Made by a program: the position numbers and the translations under genes
Notes under the pieces: model-generated
What the model saw: the letters and a program-made list of their open reading frames with translations, nothing else
Database searches by the model: none
Told to the model about the DNA's origin: nothing
Source: Myxococcota bacterium
GTDB taxonomy: Bacteria > Myxococcota_A > UBA9160 > UBA4427
DNA length: 64,000 nucleotides
Reading direction: 5' to 3'
NCBI GenBank assembly: GCA_050618075.1
Contig: JBNLVL010000034.1
Coordinates: 271,268-335,267 of the forward strand
In this document: piece after piece, positions 34,112-50,424 of the stretch
Layout of the letters: each line of letters starts with the position of its first letter
How positions within the stretch are numbered: position 1 is the first letter of the stretch

Positions 34112-34125
34112 TAGAACACGTTCCA
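34112..34125. promoter_or_regulatory. KstR-type TetR operator-like box TAGAACACGTTCCA
   Basis: Fits TnnAACnnGTTnnA at all fixed positions. Shares 11 identical nt (TAGAACACGTT) with the box at 32442. It ends 57 nt upstream of the ACAD ATG. Confidence 0.45.
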
Positions 34126-34182
34126 GTGGGCCTGGACCCGCCTCGGGCCCGGGCGCACCGCCCCACCACCTCGAGGTTCTCG

Positions 34183-35358
34183 ATGCACATCGACTTCACC
34201 CCGGAGCAGCGGAAGTTCCGGGACGAGCTTCGCGACTACTTCGGCAAGATGATGACCGAGGAGCTGGTCCGGGAGATCAGCGGCACCGAGGGGGGCGGCC
34301 CGCTCTACCGCAAGGCCCTGAAGCAGATGGGGTCGGACGGGCTGCTGGGCATCGGCTGGCCCGAGGAGTACGGCGGCGGCGCGCGCAGCAAGGTGGACCA
34401 GTTCATCTTCTCCGACGAGGTCCAGCGCGCCGGCTACCCCCTGCCGTTCCTCACCCTCAACACCGTCGGCCCCACGCTGATGCGCTACGGCAACGACGAT
34501 CAGCGCGCCGAGTTCCTGCCCCGCATCCTGAAGGGCGAGCTCCACTTCTGCATCGGCTACTCGGAGCCCGGGGCGGGCACCGACCTGGCTTCACTCAAGA
34601 CCCGGGCCGAGAAGGACGGTGACGAGTGGGTGATCAACGGGCAGAAGATGTGGACCAGCCTCGCCGACTTCGCCGACTACGTCTGGCTGGCGGCGCGCAC
34701 GGATCCCGACGCCAGGAAGCACGCGGGCATCAGCATGTTCATGGTGCCCACGAGCGCCAAGGGCTTCGGCATCTCGCCGATCATGACCGTGGGCGGCGTG
34801 CGCACCAACGCCACCTTCTACGACGACGTCCGCGTTCCCGACGAGCACCTGATCGGAGGGCTCAACCAGGGCTGGTCGCTGATCGTCGGGCAGCTGAACC
34901 ACGAGCGCGTGTCGCTCATGAACGTGGGTCCGCTGCGCAGGCTGCTCGAGGAGACGACCGAGTGGGCGCGCCAGACCGAGCTGCGGGGCGGCCGGCGCGT
35001 GATCGACGAGCCGTGGGTGCAGAGCAACCTGGCCCGGGTCTACGCCCACGTCGAAGCCCTGCGCGTCATGAACTGGAAGCAGGCGGCGGCCATGGACCAC
35101 GGCCAGCTCCACCCGGCGGACGCCTCGGCGCTGAAGGTCTTCGGCAGCGAGTTCTACATCACCGGCTACCGCGCGCTGATGGAGGTCGTCGGCCACGGCG
35201 CGATCCTCGGGCCGGACTCGCCGGGCGCCGTGCTCCAGGGACGCCTCGAGAGCCGCTACCGGAGCTCGCTCATCCTGACCTTCGGCGGCGGCACCAACGA
35301 GGTGCAGCGCGACATCATCGCCATGGCCGGTCTCGGCCTGCCCCACTACAAGAGCTGA
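34183..35358 (+). CDS. Acyl-CoA dehydrogenase, GGGT-type subunit
   Basis: ATG 34183 (MHIDFTPEQRKFRDEL...). Contains YSEPGAGTDLASL, INGQKMWTS and LTFGGGTNEVQRDIIA. Confidence 0.9.
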   Translation: MHIDFTPEQRKFRDELRDYFGKMMTEELVREISGTEGGGPLYRKALKQMGSDGLLGIGWPEEYGGGARSKVDQFIFSDEVQRAGYPLPFLTLNTVGPTLMRYGNDDQRAEFLPRILKGELHFCIGYSEPGAGTDLASLKTRAEKDGDEWVINGQKMWTSLADFADYVWLAARTDPDARKHAGISMFMVPTSAKGFGISPIMTVGGVRTNATFYDDVRVPDEHLIGGLNQGWSLIVGQLNHERVSLMNVGPLRRLLEETTEWARQTELRGGRRVIDEPWVQSNLARVYAHVEALRVMNWKQAAAMDHGQLHPADASALKVFGSEFYITGYRALMEVVGHGAILGPDSPGAVLQGRLESRYRSSLILTFGGGTNEVQRDIIAMAGLGLPHYKS

Positions 35359-35368
35359 GGAGGGGGTC

Positions 35369-39585
<4,217 letters not shown>

Positions 39586-39604
39586 TCACCTCCTCCGCAT
39601 CGAT

Positions 39605-42097
39605 TCAGGCAGCCCCGACGGTGAGGCGGGAAGTCTGGCGCAGATCCCGACACGACGCCCCCGCGACCAGCTCGACCGGACCCTCCTCGTGGACCCAGTG
39701 TCCGGCGTCGGGGTCCCAGTGGGCGAGCGCCCGCGCGGGCACCCGGAGACGGAGGCGGTGGGTCGCGCCCGGCGCGAGCTCGACCTTGCCGAAGGCGCCC
39801 AGCGCCAGCGCCGGCCGAGCCACCCTGGACTCCGGGAACCGCAGGTAGACCTGCACGACCTCCGCGGCGAGGCGATCGCCGACGTTGGTCACGGGGATCT
39901 CGAGGTCCACGGGCTGGCCGGCTTCGACCTGGGGGCGGTCGAGCGCGATCGGGCCCAGCTCGAAGCGCGAGTACGACAGCCCGTGACCGAACGCGAAGCG
40001 CGGCGCCCGGTCGACCGTCTCGGTGTAGCGGTAGCCGATGAAGATCCCCTCGCCGTAGCGGACCCGGCCGAACTCCCCGGGATACGAGAGGTGGGCCGGC
40101 GTGTCCTCCAGCCGGCGGGGAAAGGTCGTGGGGAGGCGACCGGAGGGACAGACGTCCCCGAACAGGACCTCGGCCAGGGCGCGTCCCCCCTCCTGGCCGG
40201 GATACCACAGCTGGAGGATCGCCCCGACCTCGTCCACGAAGCGCTCGACCCGCAGCGGGGAGCCCGCGTTGAGCACCACCACGGTCCTCGGGTTGGCGGT
40301 GGCGACGGCGCGGACGAGCTCCGCCTGGCGCCCGGGCAGCTCGAGGTCCGGGCGGTCGAAGCCCTCGGACTCCCAGTCCCCGTCGAGCCCCACCACCACG
40401 ACCGCGGCGTCGGCCCGGCGGGCGGCCTCGGCGGCCCGTTCGATGGCGTCGTGGGGAACCGGCCGGCGCAGGCCGACGCGGATGCCGGCGCCCATGGGCG
40501 CCTTCTCCTTCGAGAACTCCACCTCGACGAGCGCCTTCGCACCCTCTCGCAGCGTCACCTCGCCCCGGCGTTCGACGCTCCCCATCCCGTAGAACGTGTC
40601 GCCCCGCTCCCAGTCGGTCCAGTTGTCGACGACGAGCCGACCGTCGACCAGCAGGCGCGCCAGGCCCGCGCTGGCCAGGCCGAACGTATAGGTGCCGCTC
40701 TCCGGCGCCACGAAGACGGCGCTCGCCCGGACCGAGAAGCGGCTGGGGTCGAGCTCCGGAGAGGGCGCGCCGAACCAGCTCCACTCCCCCCGGCGGCCCG
40801 CCTTCGTGAGCACCGGGTCGCCGCCGGGCTCGAGCCCGTCGAAGAACTCGAGCCGCCAGCCGCGGCCGTCCTCGCCGGGCAGGGGCTCCAGCGTGCTCGA
40901 GTCGAGCACCCGGAGGCGCTTGTCCCGGGTGCAGCCGATCTCGTGGACGACGCTCCCCGAGGCGCCGAGCCGATCGCGGATGCCTTCCAGGGGCGAGATG
41001 GCGTAGTGGGGCGTGACGCGGGAGCTCCCGCCACCCATGGACACAGCGGGGTCGGCGTTGGGTCCGACGACGGCGACGCTCTTCACGTCGTCTCCGAAGG
41101 GAAGCGTCGCGGCGCGGTTGGTCAGCAGCACGATCGATTCGCGCGCCACCTGCAGCGCCACCTCGCGGTGCTCCGGACGGTCGATGGACCGCTCGCCCTC
41201 GGGCGGAGGCGCGTCGAGGAGGCCCGCGCGCGCGGTCGCGCGCAGCAGACGGCGCACCTTGTCGTCGAGCACCGACTCCGAGACCTCCCCCGCGTCGAGG
41301 GCCTCTCGGAGCTTCGCACCGAAGTGTCGGGCGGGTCCGGGCATCTCCAGGTCGAGTCCGCCGTTGGCCACCGCCACGGTCTCGTTGGTGCCGAACCAGT
41401 CGGACACGACGAAGCCGTCGAAGCCCCAGCTTCCCTTCAGCAGGTCGTTCAGGAGCGCGCCGTTCTCGCTGGCCCAGGTGCCGTTGATCTTGTTGTAGGA
41501 GGACATGACCGACCACGGCCGGGCCTCGGCCACCGCCGCCTCGAACGGGTAGAGATAGAGCTCGCGCAGCGGCCGCTCGTCCACCTCGGAGCTGATGGTG
41601 TGGCGTTCGAACTCCGAGTCGTTGCAGACGAAGTGCTTGAGCGAGGCGCCCACCCCCGCCTCCTGCAGGCCCCGGATGTAGGCGATGGCGAGCACCGCGG
41701 TCAGCTCGGGATCCTCGGAGTAGCACTCGAAGTTCCGGCCGGCGACGGGGGTGCGGTGCAGGTTCACCGTGGGCGCCAGGAGCACCTGGGCTCCCTTGGA
41801 GCGGGTCTCCTCGGCCAGCACGCCGCCCACCTTCCCGACCAGGTCGGCGTTCCAGGTGGCGCCCATCGCCGTCGCGCAGGGGAAGGCCACGGCCGTCTGG
41901 GCTCCGGTGAAGCTCTCGCCGCGGGCGCCGTGGGGGCCGTCGGTGACCTTCAGCCCCGGCACGCCCAGGCGGGGGACGCCGGGGGTCCGCCACATGTCGA
42001 CGCCGGCCACCATGGCCACCTTCTCGTCGAGGGTCATCTCGGCGAGCAGCCCGTCGATGCGGCCCTCCGCCGCGCCGTCGGATCCGTCCTGGTCCAC
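39605..42097 (-). CDS. bglX: GH3 beta-glucosidase with a PA14-like insertion
   Basis: 830 aa with LTLDEKVAMV, GFVVSDW (nucleophile) and a PA14-like segment ...ESGTYTFGLASAGLARLLVDGRLVVDNW.... No signal peptide. Confidence 0.9.
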   Translation of the reverse strand: MDQDGSDGAAEGRIDGLLAEMTLDEKVAMVAGVDMWRTPGVPRLGVPGLKVTDGPHGARGESFTGAQTAVAFPCATAMGATWNADLVGKVGGVLAEETRSKGAQVLLAPTVNLHRTPVAGRNFECYSEDPELTAVLAIAYIRGLQEAGVGASLKHFVCNDSEFERHTISSEVDERPLRELYLYPFEAAVAEARPWSVMSSYNKINGTWASENGALLNDLLKGSWGFDGFVVSDWFGTNETVAVANGGLDLEMPGPARHFGAKLREALDAGEVSESVLDDKVRRLLRATARAGLLDAPPPEGERSIDRPEHREVALQVARESIVLLTNRAATLPFGDDVKSVAVVGPNADPAVSMGGGSSRVTPHYAISPLEGIRDRLGASGSVVHEIGCTRDKRLRVLDSSTLEPLPGEDGRGWRLEFFDGLEPGGDPVLTKAGRRGEWSWFGAPSPELDPSRFSVRASAVFVAPESGTYTFGLASAGLARLLVDGRLVVDNWTDWERGDTFYGMGSVERRGEVTLREGAKALVEVEFSKEKAPMGAGIRVGLRRPVPHDAIERAAEAARRADAAVVVVGLDGDWESEGFDRPDLELPGRQAELVRAVATANPRTVVVLNAGSPLRVERFVDEVGAILQLWYPGQEGGRALAEVLFGDVCPSGRLPTTFPRRLEDTPAHLSYPGEFGRVRYGEGIFIGYRYTETVDRAPRFAFGHGLSYSRFELGPIALDRPQVEAGQPVDLEIPVTNVGDRLAAEVVQVYLRFPESRVARPALALGAFGKVELAPGATHRLRLRVPARALAHWDPDAGHWVHEEGPVELVAGASCRDLRQTSRLTVGAA

Positions 42098-42132
42098 CTG
42101 CGCTTCCTCTCTGCGATGCGATCGGCCGGATG

Positions 42133-42966
42133 CTAGCGACCGGACTCCTCGGTCCGGGACCGCCCGGTCTCGACCAGCTCGATGATCCGCGCTGCGTTCT
42201 CCTCGACCGCGCGCCCCGAGACGTTGACGATGCGCCAGCCGCGCTGGCGGAACATGCGCCTCGCCCGGTCGAGCTCCAGCAGGATCTGCTCGGCGTCGGC
42301 GTAGGCCGAGTGCGGCAGCCGGCCCAGGGCGCGCACCCGGGCCTGGCGCACCTCGAGCAGGGTCGAGCTGTCGATGTCGAGGGCGAAGACCTTGCGCGGC
42401 TCCAGCTCGAAGAGCGCGGGCGGCGGCTGGAGGCCGGGCACCAGGGGCACGTTCCCGGTCTTGTAGCCGCGCTGGGCCAGGTACATCGAGAGCGGCGTCT
42501 TCGAGGTTCGCGACACGCCGGTGAGCACGATGTCGGCCTGGTAGAGCGTGCGGGTGTTGGCGCCGTCGTCGTGGCGCACGGCGAACTCCACGGCCTCGAC
42601 CCGCCGGAAGTAGTCGCCGGAGAACCCGTGGAGCAGCCCCGGCTCCTTGCGCGGATCGGCCTTCAGGTGCCGGGCGGCGGCCTCGATCAGCGGGCCGAGC
42701 AGATCGACGGTCACCACGCCGCGCTTGGCCGCCTCGTCCACCACCGCATCGGCCGAGGGCCCGTCCACCAGGCTGAACACCACCAGGGCGCCGGCGTGCT
42801 CCGCCTCCTGGACCACGCTCCGCGCCTCCTTTGCGGTGCGCACCCCCGCGAACAGGCGCAGGCGCCAGGGGTTCCGGAACTGGAGCATGGCGGCGCGCAC
42901 GGCCGCGCCGCCGGTCTCGCCGGTTCCGTCGGAGACCACGAAGACCTCGGATCGGGCGGGGTCCAT
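42133..42966 (-). CDS. ppsR: PEP synthase / pyruvate,phosphate dikinase regulatory protein (bifunctional kinase-pyrophosphorylase, DUF299)
   Basis: 277 aa with VFVVSDGTGETG and the P-loop-like LTGVSRTSKTPLS. Confidence 0.85.
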   Translation of the reverse strand: MDPARSEVFVVSDGTGETGGAAVRAAMLQFRNPWRLRLFAGVRTAKEARSVVQEAEHAGALVVFSLVDGPSADAVVDEAAKRGVVTVDLLGPLIEAAARHLKADPRKEPGLLHGFSGDYFRRVEAVEFAVRHDDGANTRTLYQADIVLTGVSRTSKTPLSMYLAQRGYKTGNVPLVPGLQPPPALFELEPRKVFALDIDSSTLLEVRQARVRALGRLPHSAYADAEQILLELDRARRMFRQRGWRIVNVSGRAVEENAARIIELVETGRSRTEESGR

Positions 42967-43010
42967 AACCCTAGGATAGCGGCGCTTTCGCCTGCTATTT
43001 TCCCGGCCCC

Positions 43011-45644
<2,634 letters not shown>

Positions 45645-45657
45645 GCCGCCCCGCTCC

Positions 45658-46539
45658 CTACAGCCCCAGCAGGACCTCGACGTTCATCGCCAGGAACAGC
45701 ACGAAGAGGTAGGCGAGCGACACATGGAACATGTGCCGCGCCGCGGCGTCGGTGCGTTCGCGCAGGACGCGGATGGCGAGCCAGATGAACCAGACGCCCA
45801 TGACGAGGGCGACCGCGGCGTAGACGGCCCCGAGCAGGCCGAAGAACACCGGCGCCAGGCTCACCGGCACCAGACCCACCGTGTAGGCCAGCATGCGCCG
45901 ACGGGTCGGCTGATCCCCGATCACGCTGGGCAGCATGGGAATGCCCGCGGTCTCGTACTCCCGCTTGCGGTAGAGCGCGATGGCCCAGACGTGGGGCGGC
46001 TGCCAGAAGAACACGATGGCGAACAGACAGAGCCCGGGCGCACCCACGTGGCCGTTGACGGCGACGTCGGCCATGAGCGGGGCGGCGGCCCCGGCGGCGC
46101 CGCCGATCACCGCGTTCCAGGAGGAGCGCGGCTTGAGCCAGATCGTGTAGACGAAGACGTAGAAGAGGATGCTGCCCACCCCGAGCCCGGCGGCCGGAAG
46201 GCCCCCGATCGCCCAGAGCAGGGAGACCGAGCCGGCGGCCAGGAGCAGCCCGAAGCCCAGCGCCGCGGCGGGCGACAGCCGGCCCGCCGGCAGGGGGCGC
46301 TCCCGGGTCCGCTCCATCTTCGCGTCGACGTCCCGCTCGATGTAGGCGTTGAGGGTGTTCGCCGACGCGGCGGCCAATGTGATGCCCAGGAGCGTCACGA
46401 CCGAGACGCCCAGACTCGGCCAACCGCCCGCCGCCATGCCGAGCACCGGCAGTCCGGTGAACAGCACCATGGGCAGGAGGCGCGGCTTGGTCAGGTCCGC
46501 GAAGACGCGGAGCCGGTCGAGAGTGGCGGTCATGGCCAT
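45658..46539 (-). CDS. ctaB: Protoheme IX farnesyltransferase (heme O synthase)
   Basis: 293 aa, polytopic, with NAYIERDVDAKMERTRERPL and FFWQPPHVWAIAL. Confidence 0.9.
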   Translation of the reverse strand: MAMTATLDRLRVFADLTKPRLLPMVLFTGLPVLGMAAGGWPSLGVSVVTLLGITLAAASANTLNAYIERDVDAKMERTRERPLPAGRLSPAAALGFGLLLAAGSVSLLWAIGGLPAAGLGVGSILFYVFVYTIWLKPRSSWNAVIGGAAGAAAPLMADVAVNGHVGAPGLCLFAIVFFWQPPHVWAIALYRKREYETAGIPMLPSVIGDQPTRRRMLAYTVGLVPVSLAPVFFGLLGAVYAAVALVMGVWFIWLAIRVLRERTDAAARHMFHVSLAYLFVLFLAMNVEVLLGL

Positions 46540-46701
46540 CGTCTACAGAGGTACGCGCGGGGGGCGCGGGGGTTTGGGGCACCTGGAAGTGCCCGGGACG
46601 GTTTAGGATTAACACAACGCCCCAGGCCGGTCGACCGTACGCGGGGGCCTGCAACGGTCCGCTGCAGTCAAGCCGGGACGCCTGCGATACCGTGATCCGC
46701 C

Positions 46702-47481
46702 GTGTCGGCGATGCGAAACGGCCCCCCGGCCTCGACCCCTGCGGCCGGAGAAGACGCGCGCGGCCCCGATGGGACCGGCCGCAGTCCGGGCCGGGACGCG
46801 GCGCAGCGGCCGATCCGGCCCCTGGCGCGCTGGCTCGGCTGGCTCGGCGCCTGGCTGCTGCGCGGCCTGGCCCGGACCTGGCGCTGGCAGGTCCGCGGCG
46901 AGGATCCCGTCGGACGCACCGGCCGGCCGGCCGAGCTGGGAGCCGTCTGGCACCGGGACATCCTGCTGGCCGCGGTCTTCTTTCGGGACCGGGGCTACGC
47001 CGTTCCGGTCAGCCGCAGCCGCGACGGTGACTTCATCGCTTCGGCCCTCGTCGCCCTGGGCTTCGCTCCCCCGCCGCGCGGATCGAGCTCCCGGGGCGGC
47101 AGCGCCGCGCTGCGGACCATGACCCGCAGCCTGCGCAGCGGGACCAGCGTGGCGGCCCTGGTCGACGGCCCGCGCGGACCGGCGGGCGTACCGAAGCCGG
47201 GCCTCCTCTGGCTCTCCCAGCTCTCGGGGACGCCGATCACCCCGGTCGCGTTCGCCGCCCGGCCGGTCTGGCGCTTCGGGAGCTGGGATCGCACCCGCCT
47301 GCCGCCGCCGTTCGCGCGGGTGGCCTGCGGCTTCGGCGACGCGCTGACGGTGCCCCGGGGCGGTGGAGCCGAGCAGATCGAGCGCTCGACCCGCGAGCTG
47401 ACCCGGGCCCTCGAGGCGCTCGCATCCCAGGTGGAGCGCGATCTCGAGCGACCCCGGAGCGCATCGGGGTCCGGTCGCTGA
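46702..47481 (+). CDS. DUF374-type lysophospholipid acyltransferase-family protein
   Basis: WHRDILLAAVF, SRSRDGDFIA, RGSSSRGG and LVDGPRGP. Start is GTG 46702 or ATG 46711. Confidence 0.7.
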   Translation: MSAMRNGPPASTPAAGEDARGPDGTGRSPGRDAAQRPIRPLARWLGWLGAWLLRGLARTWRWQVRGEDPVGRTGRPAELGAVWHRDILLAAVFFRDRGYAVPVSRSRDGDFIASALVALGFAPPPRGSSSRGGSAALRTMTRSLRSGTSVAALVDGPRGPAGVPKPGLLWLSQLSGTPITPVAFAARPVWRFGSWDRTRLPPPFARVACGFGDALTVPRGGGAEQIERSTRELTRALEALASQVERDLERPRSASGSGR

Positions 47482-47504
47482 GCGGCCGGCGCGCGCCGCT
47501 CAGC
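47477..47504. terminator. Perfect 10-bp inverted repeat GCTGAGCGGC-N8-GCCGCTCAGC spanning both convergent stop codons
   Basis: Read directly from the sequence. A GC-only stem with no U tract; possibly a bidirectional terminator or RNA-stability hairpin. Confidence 0.4.
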
Positions 47505-50001
47505 CGAGCCCGGCCAGCCAGGGCGCGGTGAGACCGCGCAGCCACTGCCCCACGTCGGGATGCTCGAGCAGCCCGGCCTCGGCGAGTCGCTTCGCCCCGA
47601 GGCCGTGGACCTCCTCGGCGGTGCGCGCGGACAGCGCCGCCCGGGCGTCGCGCTCGGCGTCGCGGGAGTCGAGGGCGCGGATGATCTCCTTCACCAGGGG
47701 CACCGCCGACGGCGCTCCCGAGAGCTCGCCGATCCCGAGTCCCACCAGGGTGGGGACGGCCAGGGGATTGGTCGCCATCTCTCCGCACAGCGAGACCGGA
47801 ATGCCCGCTGCAGCGCCGGCCCGCACGGTCTGATCGATGAGCATGAGCACGCTCGGGTGCAGCGGGTTGTAGAGGTGGGCCACCCGCTCGTTGCCGCGAT
47901 CCACGGCCAGGGTGTACTGGGTGAGGTCGTTGGTGCCGATGCTGAAGAAGTCGCACTCCTCCGCGAGGATCGGCGCGATCAGGGCCGCCGAGGGCACCTC
48001 GACCATCATGCCTACCGGGAGATCTCGATCGAACGGAATCGCGGCGTGCTCGAGCTCGCGCTTGGCCTGCTCGATCACCTCCTTGGCCTCGCGAAGCTCG
48101 CCCACGCCGGAGATCATCGGCAGCATCAGGCGCACGTTGCCGTGGGCGCTGGCGCGCAGGATCGCCCGCAGCTGGGCGCGAAAGACCCTGCGGTTCTCGA
48201 GGGTGAGGCGGATCGACCGGCAGCCGAGCTGGGGGTTGTCCTCGGCGTCCAGGCCGAGGTTGGGGATCTCCTTGTCCCCGCCGAGGTCGAGGGTCCGGAT
48301 GGTGACCGGCCGCGGCGCCATGGAGCTGCACACCTTCTCGTAGAGCTGCTCCTGCTCTTCCTCGTTGGGGAAGCCGCGGTGGGCGAGGGCGAGCAGCTCG
48401 GTCCGGAACAGGCCGACGCCCTCGGCCCCGTGCTTGTCCGTGAGCCGCAGGTCGTTCAGCAGACCGACGTTGGCCGAGAGCGTGATGCGACGACCGTCCC
48501 GGGTCTCGGCGGGCCGCTCGCGCATGGCGTCGAGGTGCTCGATGGCGACGCTGTACTGGTGCTGCGCGCGCTCGTACTCGACCCGCAGGCTGTCGTCCGG
48601 CGACAGGTAGAGCCGCCCGCTGCCTCCGTCCACGATGGCCGGCTCGCCGTCCCGCGCCTCCTTCAGCAGCCCGGACACGCCGGTCACCGCCGGGATCTCC
48701 AGGGTCCGCGCGAAGATCGCACCGTGAGAGGTCGGACCGCCGTGCTCGCTCACGATCGCGGCGACCATGTCCATGTCGAGCTGGGCGAACAGCGCGGGCA
48801 GGATCTGGTCCACCACCACCACCGATCCGGGCTCGAGCGACGGGACGTGGAAACGCACGCCTAGGAGCTTCTCCATGACCCGCCCGCCCACGTCCTGGAC
48901 GTCGGCCCCGCGCTCGCGGAAGTAGGGGTCCTCGATCCGCTCGAAGGTCTCCCGGTAGGCATCCAGCACCCGGCGCAGGGAGACCAGCGCGTTCGGCTCG
49001 TGCTCGATCTCGACCTCGAGCTTCTGGAGGAAGCCGTGATCCTCGAGGATCTGCGTCTGCGTGTGGAACACCGCGGCGAACTCGGGGCCGAACCGCTCGC
49101 CCACCACGCTGCGCATGGCGTCGATCTCCCGGCGGGCCTCGGCCAGGGCGTTCATCAGGTCGGCCTTCTCGCGCTTCGCGTCCCGGCTGGGCGTGTACTC
49201 CATGCGCTCGAGGTCGACGGGCGGCGGCAGGCGGAACACCGGACCGATCGCGACCCCGCGCGAGGTGGCGATGCCGCGGAGCTCGATGTTGCGCTGGTCC
49301 GGCGCGCGCTGGGCGCGGGGCTGGATGATGCCGGCGGCCGCGAGGTCGGAGACGATGCGCGCCCGATCCTGCTCGGTGCTGGCCACCGAATCGAGCAGCC
49401 GGGCGTTGATCACCACCGGCGCCAGCAGCTGGGCGCAGGTCTGGAGCAGCTCCACGTCGTGGCGGTCGAAGGCCCGGCGCTCCGCGGTCTGGACGACGAG
49501 CACGCCGATGGTCACGCCCTGCACGATGAGCGGCGCCGCGAGGAGCGACTCGAAGCGCTCCTCGCGCGTCTCCGGGAAGTAGCGGTACTGTGGATGCTCC
49601 CGAGCGCGCTCGATGGCCACGGGCTCGCCGCGCTCGGCGGCCAGTCCGACCAGTCCCTCGCCGAAGGCGAGCCGCACCACCCGGACCGAGGCGGGGTCCA
49701 GTCCGTTGGTGGCGGTCAGGGTGAGATGGTGGAGATCGGTGTCGGTCAGGTAGATGGAGCAGGCGTCGGCGTCCAGCCGTTTGGCGACGAGATCGATGAC
49801 GTTGGCGAGGGTCTCTCGCAGATCGTGGGACCGGGAGACGATCTCAGCGACATCGGCCAGTAGTGAGACGCGATCGGGAACGACGAGCCACCCCTCTGTT
49901 CTGGCACCCTGGGGCTGCCGAGCCGGAGCCCCGGGGCCGCCCGCGAGGTGGAGCGCTGGCGGGGCAGGGCCGTCGCCACGCGAGGGCTGCGGACGATACA
50001 C
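47500..50001 (-). CDS. ptsP: GAF-domain phosphoenolpyruvate-protein phosphotransferase (EI-Ntr, PtsP-like)
   Basis: 833 aa. N-terminal GAF domain (DACSIYLTD...GEGLVGLAA). Active-site GGPTSHGAIFAR and CGEMA. The only in-frame start is GTG 50001. Confidence 0.85.
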   Translation of the reverse strand: MYRPQPSRGDGPAPPALHLAGGPGAPARQPQGARTEGWLVVPDRVSLLADVAEIVSRSHDLRETLANVIDLVAKRLDADACSIYLTDTDLHHLTLTATNGLDPASVRVVRLAFGEGLVGLAAERGEPVAIERAREHPQYRYFPETREERFESLLAAPLIVQGVTIGVLVVQTAERRAFDRHDVELLQTCAQLLAPVVINARLLDSVASTEQDRARIVSDLAAAGIIQPRAQRAPDQRNIELRGIATSRGVAIGPVFRLPPPVDLERMEYTPSRDAKREKADLMNALAEARREIDAMRSVVGERFGPEFAAVFHTQTQILEDHGFLQKLEVEIEHEPNALVSLRRVLDAYRETFERIEDPYFRERGADVQDVGGRVMEKLLGVRFHVPSLEPGSVVVVDQILPALFAQLDMDMVAAIVSEHGGPTSHGAIFARTLEIPAVTGVSGLLKEARDGEPAIVDGGSGRLYLSPDDSLRVEYERAQHQYSVAIEHLDAMRERPAETRDGRRITLSANVGLLNDLRLTDKHGAEGVGLFRTELLALAHRGFPNEEEQEQLYEKVCSSMAPRPVTIRTLDLGGDKEIPNLGLDAEDNPQLGCRSIRLTLENRRVFRAQLRAILRASAHGNVRLMLPMISGVGELREAKEVIEQAKRELEHAAIPFDRDLPVGMMVEVPSAALIAPILAEECDFFSIGTNDLTQYTLAVDRGNERVAHLYNPLHPSVLMLIDQTVRAGAAAGIPVSLCGEMATNPLAVPTLVGLGIGELSGAPSAVPLVKEIIRALDSRDAERDARAALSARTAEEVHGLGAKRLAEAGLLEHPDVGQWLRGLTAPWLAGLG

Positions 50002-50076
50002 GGCCCCCCGTCACCTGCCCCGCAGGGCCGGCACGGGGTTCCGTGAGTCTACCGGATGGAGAAAGCGAGCGCGTGG

Positions 50077-50424
50077 CTAGTGGGTGATCTGGGAGTCCGG
50101 ATCGCCCGTCGCGAGGGGAGCCTGAGCCTGGGGCTGAGGCTGGGGCTGGGGCTGGGACGTGGGAGCGGGCGCCGTCATCGCCGTCGGCATGGGCAGCCGA
50201 TGGGTGGGCGGGAACACCAGGTCCTTGTCTTCGAAGCGCATGCCCAGCGCGAGCAGGATCTTGCGCTTGGTATCCATGCGGCAATTCATGCCCTTCTCGA
50301 CGCTGTGGATCGTGCGGAGGGCAACCTTCGCCTTGCGAGCCAGCTGGGCCTGCGTCATGAGCTTGTTCTCACGGAACTCCCGCACCCTGTTGGTGCGAAG
50401 CGACTGTCCGTCCATGTCACCCAT
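50077..50424 (-). CDS. XRE-family HTH protein with a C-terminal Pro/Gln repeat tail
   Basis: 115 aa with LMTQAQLARKAKVALRTIHSVEKG and tail TSQPQPQPQPQAQAP. GGGAGA SD. It ends 75 nt upstream of the ptsP start. Confidence 0.75.
   Translation of the reverse strand: MGDMDGQSLRTNRVREFRENKLMTQAQLARKAKVALRTIHSVEKGMNCRMDTKRKILLALGMRFEDKDLVFPPTHRLPMPTAMTAPAPTSQPQPQPQPQAQAPLATGDPDSQITH
50121..50156 (-). repeat. Hexanucleotide tandem repeat (6 x SCTGRG) encoding the PQ tail
   Basis: Units cctgag cctggg gctgag gctggg gctggg gctggg counted directly. Confidence 0.8.

Noticed and set aside
42967-43010. Imperfect hairpin ATAGCGGCG-CTTT-CGCC(T)GCTAT in the 44-bp ppsR/leuS divergent spacer as a T-box or regulatory RNA
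   Set aside because: It is far too short for a T-box leader. It is most likely just overlapping core promoter sequence.
46577-46594. GGGCAC-N6-GTGCCC here and GGTGCAC-N6-GTGCCC at 62839-62857 as sigma54 (-24/-12) promoters or NtrC sites
   Set aside because: With GG fixed at -24, the GC dinucleotide falls one nt too far for sigma54. NtrC half-sites need TGCAC-N7-GTGCA. They remain unexplained inverted repeats.
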